64,000 nucleotides of DNA from a virus. Positions 18,119-27,403 of the stretch are shown piece after piece. How positions within the stretch are numbered: the first letter of the stretch is position 1; every line of letters starts with the position of its first letter. The translations under genes and the position numbers were made by a program. The notes under the pieces were generated by a model. It searched no databases, had not been told where the DNA came from, and saw nothing but the letters and a program-made list of their open reading frames with translations. Location of the stretch: the IMG/VR virus record IMGVR_UViG_3300005805_000049, positions 32,001-96,000 of that record. One strand, 5' to 3'.

Positions 18119-18943
18119 ATGTACTATTTAATGATAAAAGAGATCGAGCAAACAGGCATGAAGTACTTGTGTAAGAGAAAGTTTAATCCCGCTGACGAAA
18201 ACGACCATTTAAATTACAAAGGATCTGGGGTTTTATGGCGTAGGATTTTGAAAGCTCATCCTGAATATACGATTAAAACTACCGTTCTAGGACTTTTTTC
18301 AAAAGAGCAATTAAAGATACAAGGGTTGTACTACAGTGAACTATACAATATTGTAGAAGACTCTCAGTGGGCAAATTTCATTAACGAAGTTGGCGATGGA
18401 GGTGACACGTCAAAAACCCCCGGATACATTGAAGCGATGAAAAATAGGGTTCCAGATCCTTTGAATGGAAAAAGAAAAACGATCCATCACCCAGCAACAG
18501 GAGAAGTGAGAAGAATTCTTCCAGACACACCATTGCCTGAAGGGTTTGTTTGGGGTAACTGTAAAGGGAAAGGGTTTGGGCCGCGTAAAGGCAGTACTGT
18601 AGTTTATCATAACGGCACTCAAAAAATTTACGTACCAAAGGGCGAGTCCCCGCCACCTGGGTTTAAGAAAGGGCTTCACTATGAAGGAACAACAAAGGGC
18701 AAGATCGGCTATTTTAATCCTGAAACTGGGCACAAAACATACCTCCAGGAAAGTGATGTGCCACCACAAGGATATGTTAAAGGTCTACCGCCAACAACAG
18801 GAAAGTTGATTCGGACCCCGCATGGGGTGTATAATTCAGTGCAGCAGTGTATGAGATCATTAAATCTTACACGCTATCAAGTTGAGCAAAATATCAAGTA
18901 TAAAGAAGGATGGAAATATGAATCAATCACCAAGAGCTTATAA
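18119..18943 (+). mobile_element. Seg-like GIY-YIG homing endonuclease with repeated C-terminal DNA-binding modules
   Basis: YYLMIK..TGMKYLC..YKGSG; three P.G(F/Y)..G repeats; overlaps the queD start. Confidence 0.75.
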
Positions 18944-19427
18944 ATGGGTAAGTACCAAGGAATATGTTGATGCTTTTCCTGTAGCATACCGTCAACATAA
19001 GGCGGACAGTCATTGCAATTTAATTCATGGGTATTCGTTTAGTATGAAGTTTTGGTTTGGTTGCGATACGCTCGATGCTCGAAACTGGTGTAGTGATTAC
19101 GGCGGCTTGAAGGAACTAAAAAATATGCTGGAAAGTCTGTTTGACCACACTCTACTGGTCGCTGAAGATGATCCAGAAATTGAAACATTTCTGTTGCTAC
19201 GAGACAAGAAGATGGCTAAGCTAACGATCCTTCCGAAGCTTGGTTGCGAGAGTCTTGCAGATTATCTGTATAAGTATGTTAATGGCGTATACATCCCTGA
19301 CATGTGGGGGCCAAGCGAAGCCCTGCGTCTATGGTGCTTCAGAGTAGAGGTTCGAGAGACTCAAGCTAATATGGCATTTCGTGAAGGCCACAGAGAGTGG
19401 AACGAAGACCTTTTTGAAGGAGTTTGA
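18918..19427 (+). CDS. queD: 6-carboxytetrahydropterin synthase
   Basis: SHCNLIHGY, FDHTLL, GCESLA, VEVRET T-fold motifs; adjacent to queE. Confidence 0.85.
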   Translation: MNQSPRAYKWVSTKEYVDAFPVAYRQHKADSHCNLIHGYSFSMKFWFGCDTLDARNWCSDYGGLKELKNMLESLFDHTLLVAEDDPEIETFLLLRDKKMAKLTILPKLGCESLADYLYKYVNGVYIPDMWGPSEALRLWCFRVEVRETQANMAFREGHREWNEDLFEGV

Positions 19428-20314
19428 CAGTGTTTGGCAAAAACGAAATTATTGGACAGAAGTATTTTAATGATGTTAAAGACAATCAGCTGTTCGTCAC
19501 ATCGATGTTCTTTACCCTGCAAGGAGAAGGAGTTTATGCTGGCAAACCAGCACTGTTTATTCGTCTAGCAAAATGCAACCTTGCATGCAGTTTTTGCGAT
19601 ACGTTCTTTGATGACGGTGACTGGATGACGTTTGATCAAGTAGAAATGAAGATCGAACAAACAATTGATGACCACTTTGCAAAGCAAAAGATCGATCGTC
19701 CTGATTGGACGAGACACGGTCCTCTAATCTCTTATAAGAAGAAAATGGTACTAGTTATTACTGGTGGAGAACCAACTTTGCAGAAAAACATTGGTCCATT
19801 TCTCAATAAGATGAAAGATATCTTTCAACACACGCAGATTGAGACTAATGGAATTGTGTTTCAGCCATCAATTCCATTGGAAACGACGCTTGTGGTTTCA
19901 CCAAAGTGTCTGGAAAAGGATGGTAAGCCAGTTCGATACACCAAGCCAAATCAGCAGGTGTTGGATAGAGCGAAATGCTTGAAGTTTGTTGTTACAGCAG
20001 ATAAAGATAGCCCTTACCATACAATTCCTGAATGGGCATTTCAGTGGACAAATAGAGGGTCAAAGCCAATCTTTATTAGTCCAATGAATGTTTATAACGA
20101 TCAGCCAAAGAAGTCTAAACTACTGCGACAGTCAGGAGTCAATAGGATTGATATCGATCAAAGATCGACAGTTGACGAAATAATTTCGTTCTGGGAACCT
20201 GGATTGTTGAATATGCAAGCAAATCAACGTAATCATGAGTATGCAGCTGAATATTGTGTCAACAATGGGTTTACAATGAATCTACAAATGCATTTGTATG
20301 CTAGCCTTGCTTAA
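19424..20314 (+). CDS. queE: 7-carboxy-7-deazaguanine synthase (radical SAM)
   Basis: FTLQGEG, CNLACSFCDT, ITGGEP, IETNG, QMH. Confidence 0.92.
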   Translation: MTVFGKNEIIGQKYFNDVKDNQLFVTSMFFTLQGEGVYAGKPALFIRLAKCNLACSFCDTFFDDGDWMTFDQVEMKIEQTIDDHFAKQKIDRPDWTRHGPLISYKKKMVLVITGGEPTLQKNIGPFLNKMKDIFQHTQIETNGIVFQPSIPLETTLVVSPKCLEKDGKPVRYTKPNQQVLDRAKCLKFVVTADKDSPYHTIPEWAFQWTNRGSKPIFISPMNVYNDQPKKSKLLRQSGVNRIDIDQRSTVDEIISFWEPGLLNMQANQRNHEYAAEYCVNNGFTMNLQMHLYASLA

Positions 20315-20323
20315 GGAGGAATA

Positions 20324-20746
20324 ATGATATTTTCTTATGAAAGAACAGTTCGGTCAATTGAGCTGTTATCTGCTGAAATTGCACAGTCAGATACCAAATA
20401 CGACTATATCTGTGCATTAGTGCGCGGGGGAACAATTCCAGCAACAATGCTATCACATAAACTGAACATTCCAATGTTTACGATCAACTGTTCTCTACGT
20501 GATCATAAGATGTTGGATGCATCAAATCAGGTACATTGGTTTTTGCAAACGAAGAAAGTTTTAGTCGTTGACGACATCATTGATTCAGGAGAGTCTGCCC
20601 TAGCTGTTCGGCGAATGGCTGAACCTGCAAAGGTAGATTTTTGTGCTTTGGTGTACAATCAAGAAAGTGGGATCGAATGTAAACACTATGCGTTGCCAAT
20701 ACGTCGTTCGGTCGACAAACAATGGGTTGAATTTTTCTGGGAGTAA
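20324..20746 (+). CDS. Purine phosphoribosyltransferase (type I PRTase)
   Basis: RGG.IPA..LSH, VLVVDDIIDSG PRPP-binding motif, W..FFWE. Confidence 0.85.
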   Translation: MIFSYERTVRSIELLSAEIAQSDTKYDYICALVRGGTIPATMLSHKLNIPMFTINCSLRDHKMLDASNQVHWFLQTKKVLVVDDIIDSGESALAVRRMAEPAKVDFCALVYNQESGIECKHYALPIRRSVDKQWVEFFWE

Positions 20747-20749
20747 ATA

Positions 20750-21445
20750 ATGGCTATTTCTGAAGTTATCAAGGCTAGGTTGAAAGATGCTGGCGTTCGT
20801 TATTTTGCTAATGACAACATTAGCAAATATATTCTCGAAGACGAAAGAGCAATGCTTGTAGATGAATTGACTGGTAAGTTTGAACATGTGTTGCAGTCTA
20901 TGGTGATTGATACAGTTAACGATCCCAATTCAGCGGAAACTGCTCGGCGTCTTGCAAAGATGTATGTGTATGAGTTATTCGAAGGTCGTTACTTTCCCCC
21001 TCCAGAAGTTACTGCATTTCCAAATGACGGATCGGCTGGTACTAAACCGTATCATGGACTATTGACAATTCGAGCAGAATTAAAGTCTATCTGTTCCCAT
21101 CACCACCAAACAGTTTCTGGAGTAGCATATATTGGAATTATTCCGAAGACCAAAGTAATTGGCCTTTCTAAGTATGTTCGTCTTGCTCAGCACTGCGCTC
21201 GACGAGGAACACTGCAGGAAGAACTGTGCAATGATATTGCTGAAACTATTATGCTAGCGACCGAATCGGAAAACGTTGCAGTGCACGTTGCAGCTGAACA
21301 TGGATGTTGCACCAATAGAGGCGTAATGGCAAAGTCGTCATTGACTCAAACCACAGTACTTCACGGAATGTTCTATATTAATTCTGTTAAGCAAGAGTTT
21401 TTTGATAACATCAAAATGCAGAGTCGGTTAGACGCTGTAGGCTGA
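20750..21445 (+). CDS. folE: GTP cyclohydrolase I
   Basis: TARRLAKMY, SICSHH, IGLSK, LQEEL, HGC..RGV. Confidence 0.95.
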   Translation: MAISEVIKARLKDAGVRYFANDNISKYILEDERAMLVDELTGKFEHVLQSMVIDTVNDPNSAETARRLAKMYVYELFEGRYFPPPEVTAFPNDGSAGTKPYHGLLTIRAELKSICSHHHQTVSGVAYIGIIPKTKVIGLSKYVRLAQHCARRGTLQEELCNDIAETIMLATESENVAVHVAAEHGCCTNRGVMAKSSLTQTTVLHGMFYINSVKQEFFDNIKMQSRLDAVG

Positions 21446-21450
21446 TGCTG

Positions 21451-21479
21451 TTGACTTGTTATTATTATTGTAGTATGAT
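21451..21479 (+). promoter_or_regulatory. sigma70-like promoter TTGACT-17-TATGAT inside a 16-bp inverted repeat
   Basis: Near consensus; arms 21455-21470 and 21484-21499. Confidence 0.8.
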
Positions 21480-21508
21480 CGTTCAATCATGATAACAAGG
21501 AGACTGCA

Positions 21509-21721
21509 ATGAATGATCTAACAAAGTATGCCAAAGCTGTTGACCAAGCTGCAAACTTGGTAGAAGCTCAACAGGCAATGGAAGTTCTGCTTAACCAGTT
21601 CAAGCATAAGAGTAAAGTCAAACTGTTTGAAAAGTACACACAGATGAAAGGTTCCAAGTCTCGTTTACAGAAATGGGCTTGGGACCTTGTTCTTGTTGGC
21701 TTCAATGAAAGGGTGATCTGA
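21509..21721 (+). CDS. Hypothetical protein
   Basis: AAGGAG RBS, directly downstream of the promoter. Confidence 0.7.
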   Translation: MNDLTKYAKAVDQAANLVEAQQAMEVLLNQFKHKSKVKLFEKYTQMKGSKSRLQKWAWDLVLVGFNERVI

Positions 21722-21722
21722 C

Positions 21723-22211
21723 ATGTCTAAGCGCTTGACTAACAAATGGACTGCCACTACTACCGAAGCTTTTGGAGACAACGAACAGACCAGAAAGGGT
21801 AACCTCGCTGAGTTGATGTACTACAAGTATGCAATTCCTCTATATGACCAAGTTCAGCATTTTCCCAGCGATCGGCAGAAGCAATTGCAGGGAGCTGACA
21901 TCGTTCTTTATCAGAACCACTGGTCTCGTCCATATACTGTGGACGTCAAAGCGAATATGATGAACAGAGGGTTGTTTTTTGTAGACACTTCTCCAGATGG
22001 TTGGCTTTTCAATCCAAGGAAGACCAATGACCGAGTTTGCCATGTTTGTGTAGAGACTGCATGGGCAATCGAGTATGATGCCAACGAGATGCGAAAGTTT
22101 ATTCGTAAGCAGAAGGCGAAAGGTCCGTTGATTGCATTTGATGCATTCAAGACCAAGTTTCCGTTCAAGGTACGTAAATTCAAGATGGAGAATGTTAATG
22201 CACAAGCATAA
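21723..22211 (+). CDS. PD-(D/E)XK-like nuclease
   Basis: G.LAE helix, GADIVL, VDVK. Confidence 0.55.
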   Translation: MSKRLTNKWTATTTEAFGDNEQTRKGNLAELMYYKYAIPLYDQVQHFPSDRQKQLQGADIVLYQNHWSRPYTVDVKANMMNRGLFFVDTSPDGWLFNPRKTNDRVCHVCVETAWAIEYDANEMRKFIRKQKAKGPLIAFDAFKTKFPFKVRKFKMENVNAQA

Positions 22212-22563
22212 AATGATTTGGGTTCGCTTTCAGAAAGAAGGAATTCATAAGTATCCTCAAGCTCTAACCGATCCAAGGTTAGAGCAAGTTAGTTTCCTTG
22301 GTTATCCTCATCGTCATATGTTTCATATCAAGGTTTCGATCGAAGTATTTCATGATGATAGGGAGATTGAATTCATTCTATTCAAGAGAGAACTGGAGTC
22401 ATTGTATGGCAACGGTACTCTGCAGCTGGATTATAAGTCATGTGAAATGATTTGTGACGATCTATATAAATACCTAAATAGTAAATATCCTGGCAGAGAT
22501 TGTGTAATTGAAGTTTCTGAAGATGGTGAAAATGGTGCAATCTGCCACTATCCAAAGGAGTAA
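22198..22563 (+). CDS. QueD paralog, DpdL-like (predicted CDG decarboxylase)
   Basis: T-fold with LGYPHRHMF (LxxxHRHxF), REIEFI, KSCEMI, VSEDGENGA. Confidence 0.72.
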   Translation: MHKHKMIWVRFQKEGIHKYPQALTDPRLEQVSFLGYPHRHMFHIKVSIEVFHDDREIEFILFKRELESLYGNGTLQLDYKSCEMICDDLYKYLNSKYPGRDCVIEVSEDGENGAICHYPKE

Positions 22564-22567
22564 GTAA

Positions 22568-22891
22568 ATGGAAGACAAAGATTTTCTAGCGTTGGTTAAG
22601 AAGGTGCTGGAAGAGCAAACAAAGCCAAAACAAGTGCCAGTCGAGCAAGAGTTAAAAAAGTGGAAAAAAGCTGGATATACCCACACTGCAGAAACGAAGA
22701 ATACCCACGTTCTGCAGAAAAAGAAAGGTAAAGATCTTCATCAGATAACAATCCATCACAAGGATGGGATGGTTACTCACAATGAGCCTTTAACGTTGAT
22801 ACGTAAGCCGTCTGAAGAAATGAAAAAAGATGTTGAACACGCACGTAAAACCGTAGAAGCAATCAAGAGTAAGCGTAGAAAAATGAACTAA
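22568..22891 (+). CDS. Basic hypothetical protein, probably late
   Basis: TATAAATA at 22465-22472; K/H-rich. Confidence 0.6.
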   Translation: MEDKDFLALVKKVLEEQTKPKQVPVEQELKKWKKAGYTHTAETKNTHVLQKKKGKDLHQITIHHKDGMVTHNEPLTLIRKPSEEMKKDVEHARKTVEAIKSKRRKMN

Positions 22892-22911
22892 CTGCTTGAG
22901 AAGGATATATA

Positions 22912-23742
22912 ATGGATTTTTGTCATATTTCGCCTACCAAATATCTAACTACATTTTGTTCCAATCAACGCAGCCATCTTCTACTAGCCCATCTAGTAGA
23001 AGATGATCCTGTTTATAGGCAATGGTATATCGATAACAAGAACGCTAACCCAGAGACCACTTACATACTTGATAATAGTGCTTTTGAACTGTTTAAGCAA
23101 GGTAAGCCGATGTACAAATCGTCGAAACTTATTGAGATGGGCAAAGCAGTTGGTGCAGATTACATCGTGATGTCTGATTATCCAAATGAACCCTGGGAAA
23201 AGACTCGTGACGCTGCTGAACTACTCGGTCCACAATTCAAGGATGCTGGATTTGGTACATTCTATTGCCCTCAATCAACTATCGGTAATCTAAAGGAATT
23301 GATTCGCTCGTATTGGTGGGCTGCAAAGTCTCCACTAGTGGATTATATCGGGTTCTCTATTCTAGCAATTCCTAATGCATATTCTGTTGAACGAGACAAC
23401 AAACTACAGCGATTCTGTGCTCGATGGAAGTTTATGCTAACTTGTTCAGAGATTGGATTGTTACAAAAGATCTATGCAAACAAGAAGAAAGTGCATATGC
23501 TGGGAATGGTCGATGGACCAAATGAAATCTTACTGCTTGGCCGTTGGCACAAGATGATAGATACTTGGGACTCTTCTGCTGCTGTGTGGGCTGGGTTAAA
23601 CAACATCTCATTTGATCAGTCGCCAACTGGACTGATTAATGGTAAGTTTGAGACTCATGTAGACTTTAATCATAGCACAGCAACCGATCAGCAGATCGAA
23701 CTAGCCAAGCTAAACATCAACTACATTGATAGCCTATTCTAA
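22912..23742 (+). CDS. dpdA: DNA-guanine transglycosylase, DpdA-like (TGT fold)
   Basis: ILDNSAFE, HMLG and TWDSS motifs of TGT-fold proteins; inside the que/folE cluster. Confidence 0.72.
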   Translation: MDFCHISPTKYLTTFCSNQRSHLLLAHLVEDDPVYRQWYIDNKNANPETTYILDNSAFELFKQGKPMYKSSKLIEMGKAVGADYIVMSDYPNEPWEKTRDAAELLGPQFKDAGFGTFYCPQSTIGNLKELIRSYWWAAKSPLVDYIGFSILAIPNAYSVERDNKLQRFCARWKFMLTCSEIGLLQKIYANKKKVHMLGMVDGPNEILLLGRWHKMIDTWDSSAAVWAGLNNISFDQSPTGLINGKFETHVDFNHSTATDQQIELAKLNINYIDSLF

Positions 23743-23745
23743 GGA

Positions 23746-24024
23746 GTGATCATGTTTAAATATGATGAAGACAAGACACTTGATCAGTGTCTGGAATACA
23801 TTCAATCAACATATAAGCAGCATTATGTCAATGACAAGGGCGTTCAGTTAATGGACCTATTCTTCAGTGATCCTGAAGAAGGTGTGGTATTTTGTAAGAC
23901 CAATGCTATTAAGTATCTGACGCGTTTTGGTAAGAAGGAAGGAAACAATAAGAAAGATCTATTGAAAGCGATGCACTACATTGTGCTATTAACACATTGT
24001 ATCAATAAAATGGAGCAACAATAA
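23746..24024 (+). CDS. DUF3310-like protein (T7 gp1.7 nucleotide-kinase related)
   Basis: QHY, NAIKYL.R.GKK.G....DL.KA.HY. Confidence 0.8.
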   Translation: MIMFKYDEDKTLDQCLEYIQSTYKQHYVNDKGVQLMDLFFSDPEEGVVFCKTNAIKYLTRFGKKEGNNKKDLLKAMHYIVLLTHCINKMEQQ

Positions 24025-24518
24025 TGTCAATGATTCATATTAATGGAACATCGGATAGCAAGTTGTCGGTAGTTGATTCAGATCAGATTCAACCAAATGC
24101 CACGGACGTTCGTCTACACAAGGTGTTTAAAGTTAATGACGGAATGATGATTCTGGAAGACAACTATAAGCAACACCGATCAACAATTGAGGTTAAGCCT
24201 GATATTCAGGGATATTGGATTCTTCAGCCAGGTACATATGAAGTTGTAATGGAAGGCACTGTTACGATTGCTGAAGGAGAAGCTGGGTGGATTATTACTC
24301 GATCAACCTTGAACCGCAATGGAATTTTCATAACTTCTGGATTGTACGACAGTGGGTATTCTGGAGTAATGGCTGGGGCAATGCATGTTGGCGTTGGTCC
24401 TCTAAAGATTAAGCAGGGAACCAGAGTTGGCCAGTTCTTGCTATTCAATTCTGAGACGTTGCATAAGTACAATGGTTCGTATGGTACAGCCAGTGAACAT
24501 GATAAAAAATACAAATAA
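24024..24518 (+). CDS. dUTPase / dCTP deaminase family protein
   Basis: IQPNATD, RSTLNRNG, YDSGYSG, RVGQ, YNGSY. Confidence 0.85.
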   Translation: MSMIHINGTSDSKLSVVDSDQIQPNATDVRLHKVFKVNDGMMILEDNYKQHRSTIEVKPDIQGYWILQPGTYEVVMEGTVTIAEGEAGWIITRSTLNRNGIFITSGLYDSGYSGVMAGAMHVGVGPLKIKQGTRVGQFLLFNSETLHKYNGSYGTASEHDKKYK

Positions 24519-24532
24519 CAATGGAGTAAATT

Positions 24533-25393
24533 ATGGCTATTGAAATTAAAGTTCCGATGGAACAACTTAGAAAGAATAAGCTATTTCTCGCTGTTCCAAT
24601 GTATGGCGGAATGTGTGCAGGAATGTTTACTCGTTCGATTGCTGATCTATCGGCATTATGCGTTCGTTATGGCATTGAACTGAAGATGTATTTTCTGTTC
24701 AACGAATCGTTAATTCCTCGCGCAAGAAATTATTGTTGTGACGAATTCATGCGATCTGATTGTACGCATTTTATGTTTATTGATGCTGACATCGGGTTCA
24801 ATCCAAACGACGTAATTGCATTGATGGCGTTGCAGTCCGACGATTCGCCATACGATGTTATCGGAGGTCCTTATCCAAAGAAATGTATCTCTTGGGAAAA
24901 AATCAAGCTTGCTGTGGATAAAGGAATGGCTGACGAAGATCCAAATATTCTTGACAGATACGTTGGTGATTATGTATTTAATCCAAAAGGGGGTCAGCGA
25001 GAAATTCCATTGGGTGAACCGGTGGAGGTTCTAGAAATTGGTACAGGCTTCATGATGGTTCGCCGTCGAACATTTGAGACGTTTATTGAGAAGTTCCCTC
25101 AGTATTCGTATAAGCCAGACCACGTTCGAACAGAACATTTCGATGGGTCACGTGAAATCATGATGTACTTCCAATCAGAGATTGACCCGAAGTCAAAGCG
25201 CTATCTGTCAGAAGACTATTGGTTCTGCCAAAAAATTCAAGAAGCTGAGATGAAAACGTGGATTTGTCCGTGGATGAAACTGCAACACGTCGGTACAATG
25301 ATCTTTGGCGGATCATTAGTCGATCTTGCGCAGATTGGAGCATCTGCTACAGCTGATGCAGGTCAATTGAAGAAGAAAAAGCAGAACTCTTAA
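24533..25393 (+). CDS. GT-A fold glycosyltransferase-like protein
   Basis: ESLIPRARN, FIDADI, GTGFM, YLSEDYWFC; conserved upstream of gp45 in T4-like phages. Confidence 0.7.
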   Translation: MAIEIKVPMEQLRKNKLFLAVPMYGGMCAGMFTRSIADLSALCVRYGIELKMYFLFNESLIPRARNYCCDEFMRSDCTHFMFIDADIGFNPNDVIALMALQSDDSPYDVIGGPYPKKCISWEKIKLAVDKGMADEDPNILDRYVGDYVFNPKGGQREIPLGEPVEVLEIGTGFMMVRRRTFETFIEKFPQYSYKPDHVRTEHFDGSREIMMYFQSEIDPKSKRYLSEDYWFCQKIQEAEMKTWICPWMKLQHVGTMIFGGSLVDLAQIGASATADAGQLKKKKQNS

Positions 25394-25411
25394 TTATTGA
25401 GGTGTTATAAT

Positions 25412-26071
25412 ATGAAGCTAGCGAATGAAACCATTACAGTGCTACAAAACTTCCAATCTATCAATCCATCAATCGTGATTAGTTCGGGCAATGTTGTCCG
25501 AACTATTTCGGAAACTGAAACGATTTTCGCCAAAGCAGTAGTTGCAGATAACTTTCCAATCAAGTTTGGCATTTATGATCTGTCGAAGTTCTTGGGAATC
25601 TTATCTCTGAACAAGAACTCTGAGATTCAGTTTGAACCCAATCATATGGTGATCACACAGGATCGCAGTAAAGTTCGTTATACGTACTGCAACGTCGAAC
25701 TAATCAAAACACCACCAGAAGACAAGGAAATTGTTCTACCATCAATTGATGTCTGCTTTGAACTGAAGGCCGATGTTCTAAAAGAAGTGCTGAAAGCAAT
25801 GGCAATTCTTGGGTTCAATGAAATTTGTTTCAGTGGTTCGGATGGAGTGTTGTCAGTTCAGGCAATCAACACTAAGAATGAAAGCTCTGATCTGTTTTCA
25901 ACGGAGATTGGAACGACAGACAGTCAGTTTTCAGTAGTGATTGAAGCTGACAAGTTGAAGATGATTCCCGCAGATTATACGGTATCGATCACCAAGCAGG
26001 GAATTGCACATTTCCGATCGTCCACTGTCGAGTACTGGGTTGGAATCTCTACAAAGTCTCAGTTTGCTTGA
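25412..26071 (+). CDS. gp45: Sliding clamp
   Basis: LQNFQSINPSI, FGIYDL..FL; synteny with gp44 and gp62. Confidence 0.93.
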   Translation: MKLANETITVLQNFQSINPSIVISSGNVVRTISETETIFAKAVVADNFPIKFGIYDLSKFLGILSLNKNSEIQFEPNHMVITQDRSKVRYTYCNVELIKTPPEDKEIVLPSIDVCFELKADVLKEVLKAMAILGFNEICFSGSDGVLSVQAINTKNESSDLFSTEIGTTDSQFSVVIEADKLKMIPADYTVSITKQGIAHFRSSTVEYWVGISTKSQFA

Positions 26072-26093
26072 TAGCCAGTGAAAAAGGAACTAT

Positions 26094-27026
26094 ATGATGG
26101 AAGAATTTCTATTCGTCGAAAAGTATCGTCCTTCAACAATCGATCAAACAATCCTTCCTGATCGATACAAACAAATGTTCAATCAGTACATCGAACAGAA
26201 AAATGTTCCAAACCTGATCCTGGCCGGTCGACCTGGGATTGGAAAGACTACAGTTGCAAGAGCAATGCTTGAGCAGCTTGGATGCTCTTATATGATGATT
26301 AACGGTTCGTTGGATGGCAATAAGGACACTCTGCGAACTCAAATCAAGGACTTTGCTTCATCAGTATCGATTAAGGGAGGTCGTAAATACGTCATCCTTG
26401 ATGAGGCAGATGCGTTGACTCATCATATGCAGCCAGCTCTTCGTAACTTCATGGAAGAGTTCTCAATCAATTGTGGATTCATTCTGACATGCAACTACAA
26501 GCATAAGATCATCGAGCCATTGCATTCTCGTTGTTCGTTGATTGAGTTTAAGTTTACTCAGGCAGATAAGCCAGTCTTAGCAAAGGCTATCTTTGAGCGC
26601 GTTCAGCAGATCTTGAACAGCGAATCGATTGAATATGACAAGAAAGTGTTAGTTCAATTGATTGCAAAGTTCTTTCCCGATTTCCGTAAGATCATTAATG
26701 AATTGCAGAAGTATGCAATTAATGGGCGAATCGATTCAGGAATCTTAACAGACTTTGATGAGATCTCGATCTCTAAGCTGATTGAAGCAGTCAAGCAAAA
26801 GAACTTTAACTCAATGCGCGACTGGGTAACCAACAATGACTATGATGAAACAGATGTTTATCGCAAGTTGTATGACAATGCGAATAAGTTCTTGAAACCA
26901 GCATCGATTGCGCAGTTAGTGCTAATCATTGCTAAGTATCAATATCAAGCAGCTTTTTCGGTCGACAGCGAGATCAATCTGATGGCTGCTCTCGTTGAAA
27001 TGGCAATTGAATTGGAGTGGCAATAA
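26094..27026 (+). CDS. gp44: Clamp loader large subunit
   Basis: EKYRP, GRPGIGKTT, ILDEAD, PLHSRC. Confidence 0.96.
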   Translation: MMEEFLFVEKYRPSTIDQTILPDRYKQMFNQYIEQKNVPNLILAGRPGIGKTTVARAMLEQLGCSYMMINGSLDGNKDTLRTQIKDFASSVSIKGGRKYVILDEADALTHHMQPALRNFMEEFSINCGFILTCNYKHKIIEPLHSRCSLIEFKFTQADKPVLAKAIFERVQQILNSESIEYDKKVLVQLIAKFFPDFRKIINELQKYAINGRIDSGILTDFDEISISKLIEAVKQKNFNSMRDWVTNNDYDETDVYRKLYDNANKFLKPASIAQLVLIIAKYQYQAAFSVDSEINLMAALVEMAIELEWQ

Positions 27027-27403
27027 TGACCCCGTTTGATTTTATCAAATCTATCAATCAACACAACTACTCAATTGATCCTCTTGTCGAGGATCAATTC
27101 AACGGCTTTTTGACTAATCGAAACTTCTCGCTATTTCCTGATACGATTCTTCAAGCGAATGAAATGAATATTAATAGTCATCTGGACAATAAGTTGCAGT
27201 ATGATTATATGTTCAACACAATTCAGAAGAAGAATAGATTCAAGCAATGGCCAAAGAAAGCAAAAGTTAATAACGATAATATTCAGTTAATTTGTCATAT
27301 TTATAAATATAATGTTCAAAAAGCTAAACAAGTACTTTCAGTGTTAACTGAAAAGCAAATTGAAATGATCAAGAAACAACAAGAAACAGGTGGAGTTAAA
27401 TGA
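27017..27403 (+). CDS. gp62: Clamp loader small subunit
   Basis: PFDF..SIN, ANEMN, QYDY, GG C-terminus. Confidence 0.92.
   Translation: MAIMTPFDFIKSINQHNYSIDPLVEDQFNGFLTNRNFSLFPDTILQANEMNINSHLDNKLQYDYMFNTIQKKNRFKQWPKKAKVNNDNIQLICHIYKYNVQKAKQVLSVLTEKQIEMIKKQQETGGVK

Noticed and set aside
18028-18925. Group I intron carrying the GIY-YIG gene
   Set aside because: The ORF fills nearly the whole interval, leaving no room for a ribozyme core, and queD appears intact downstream
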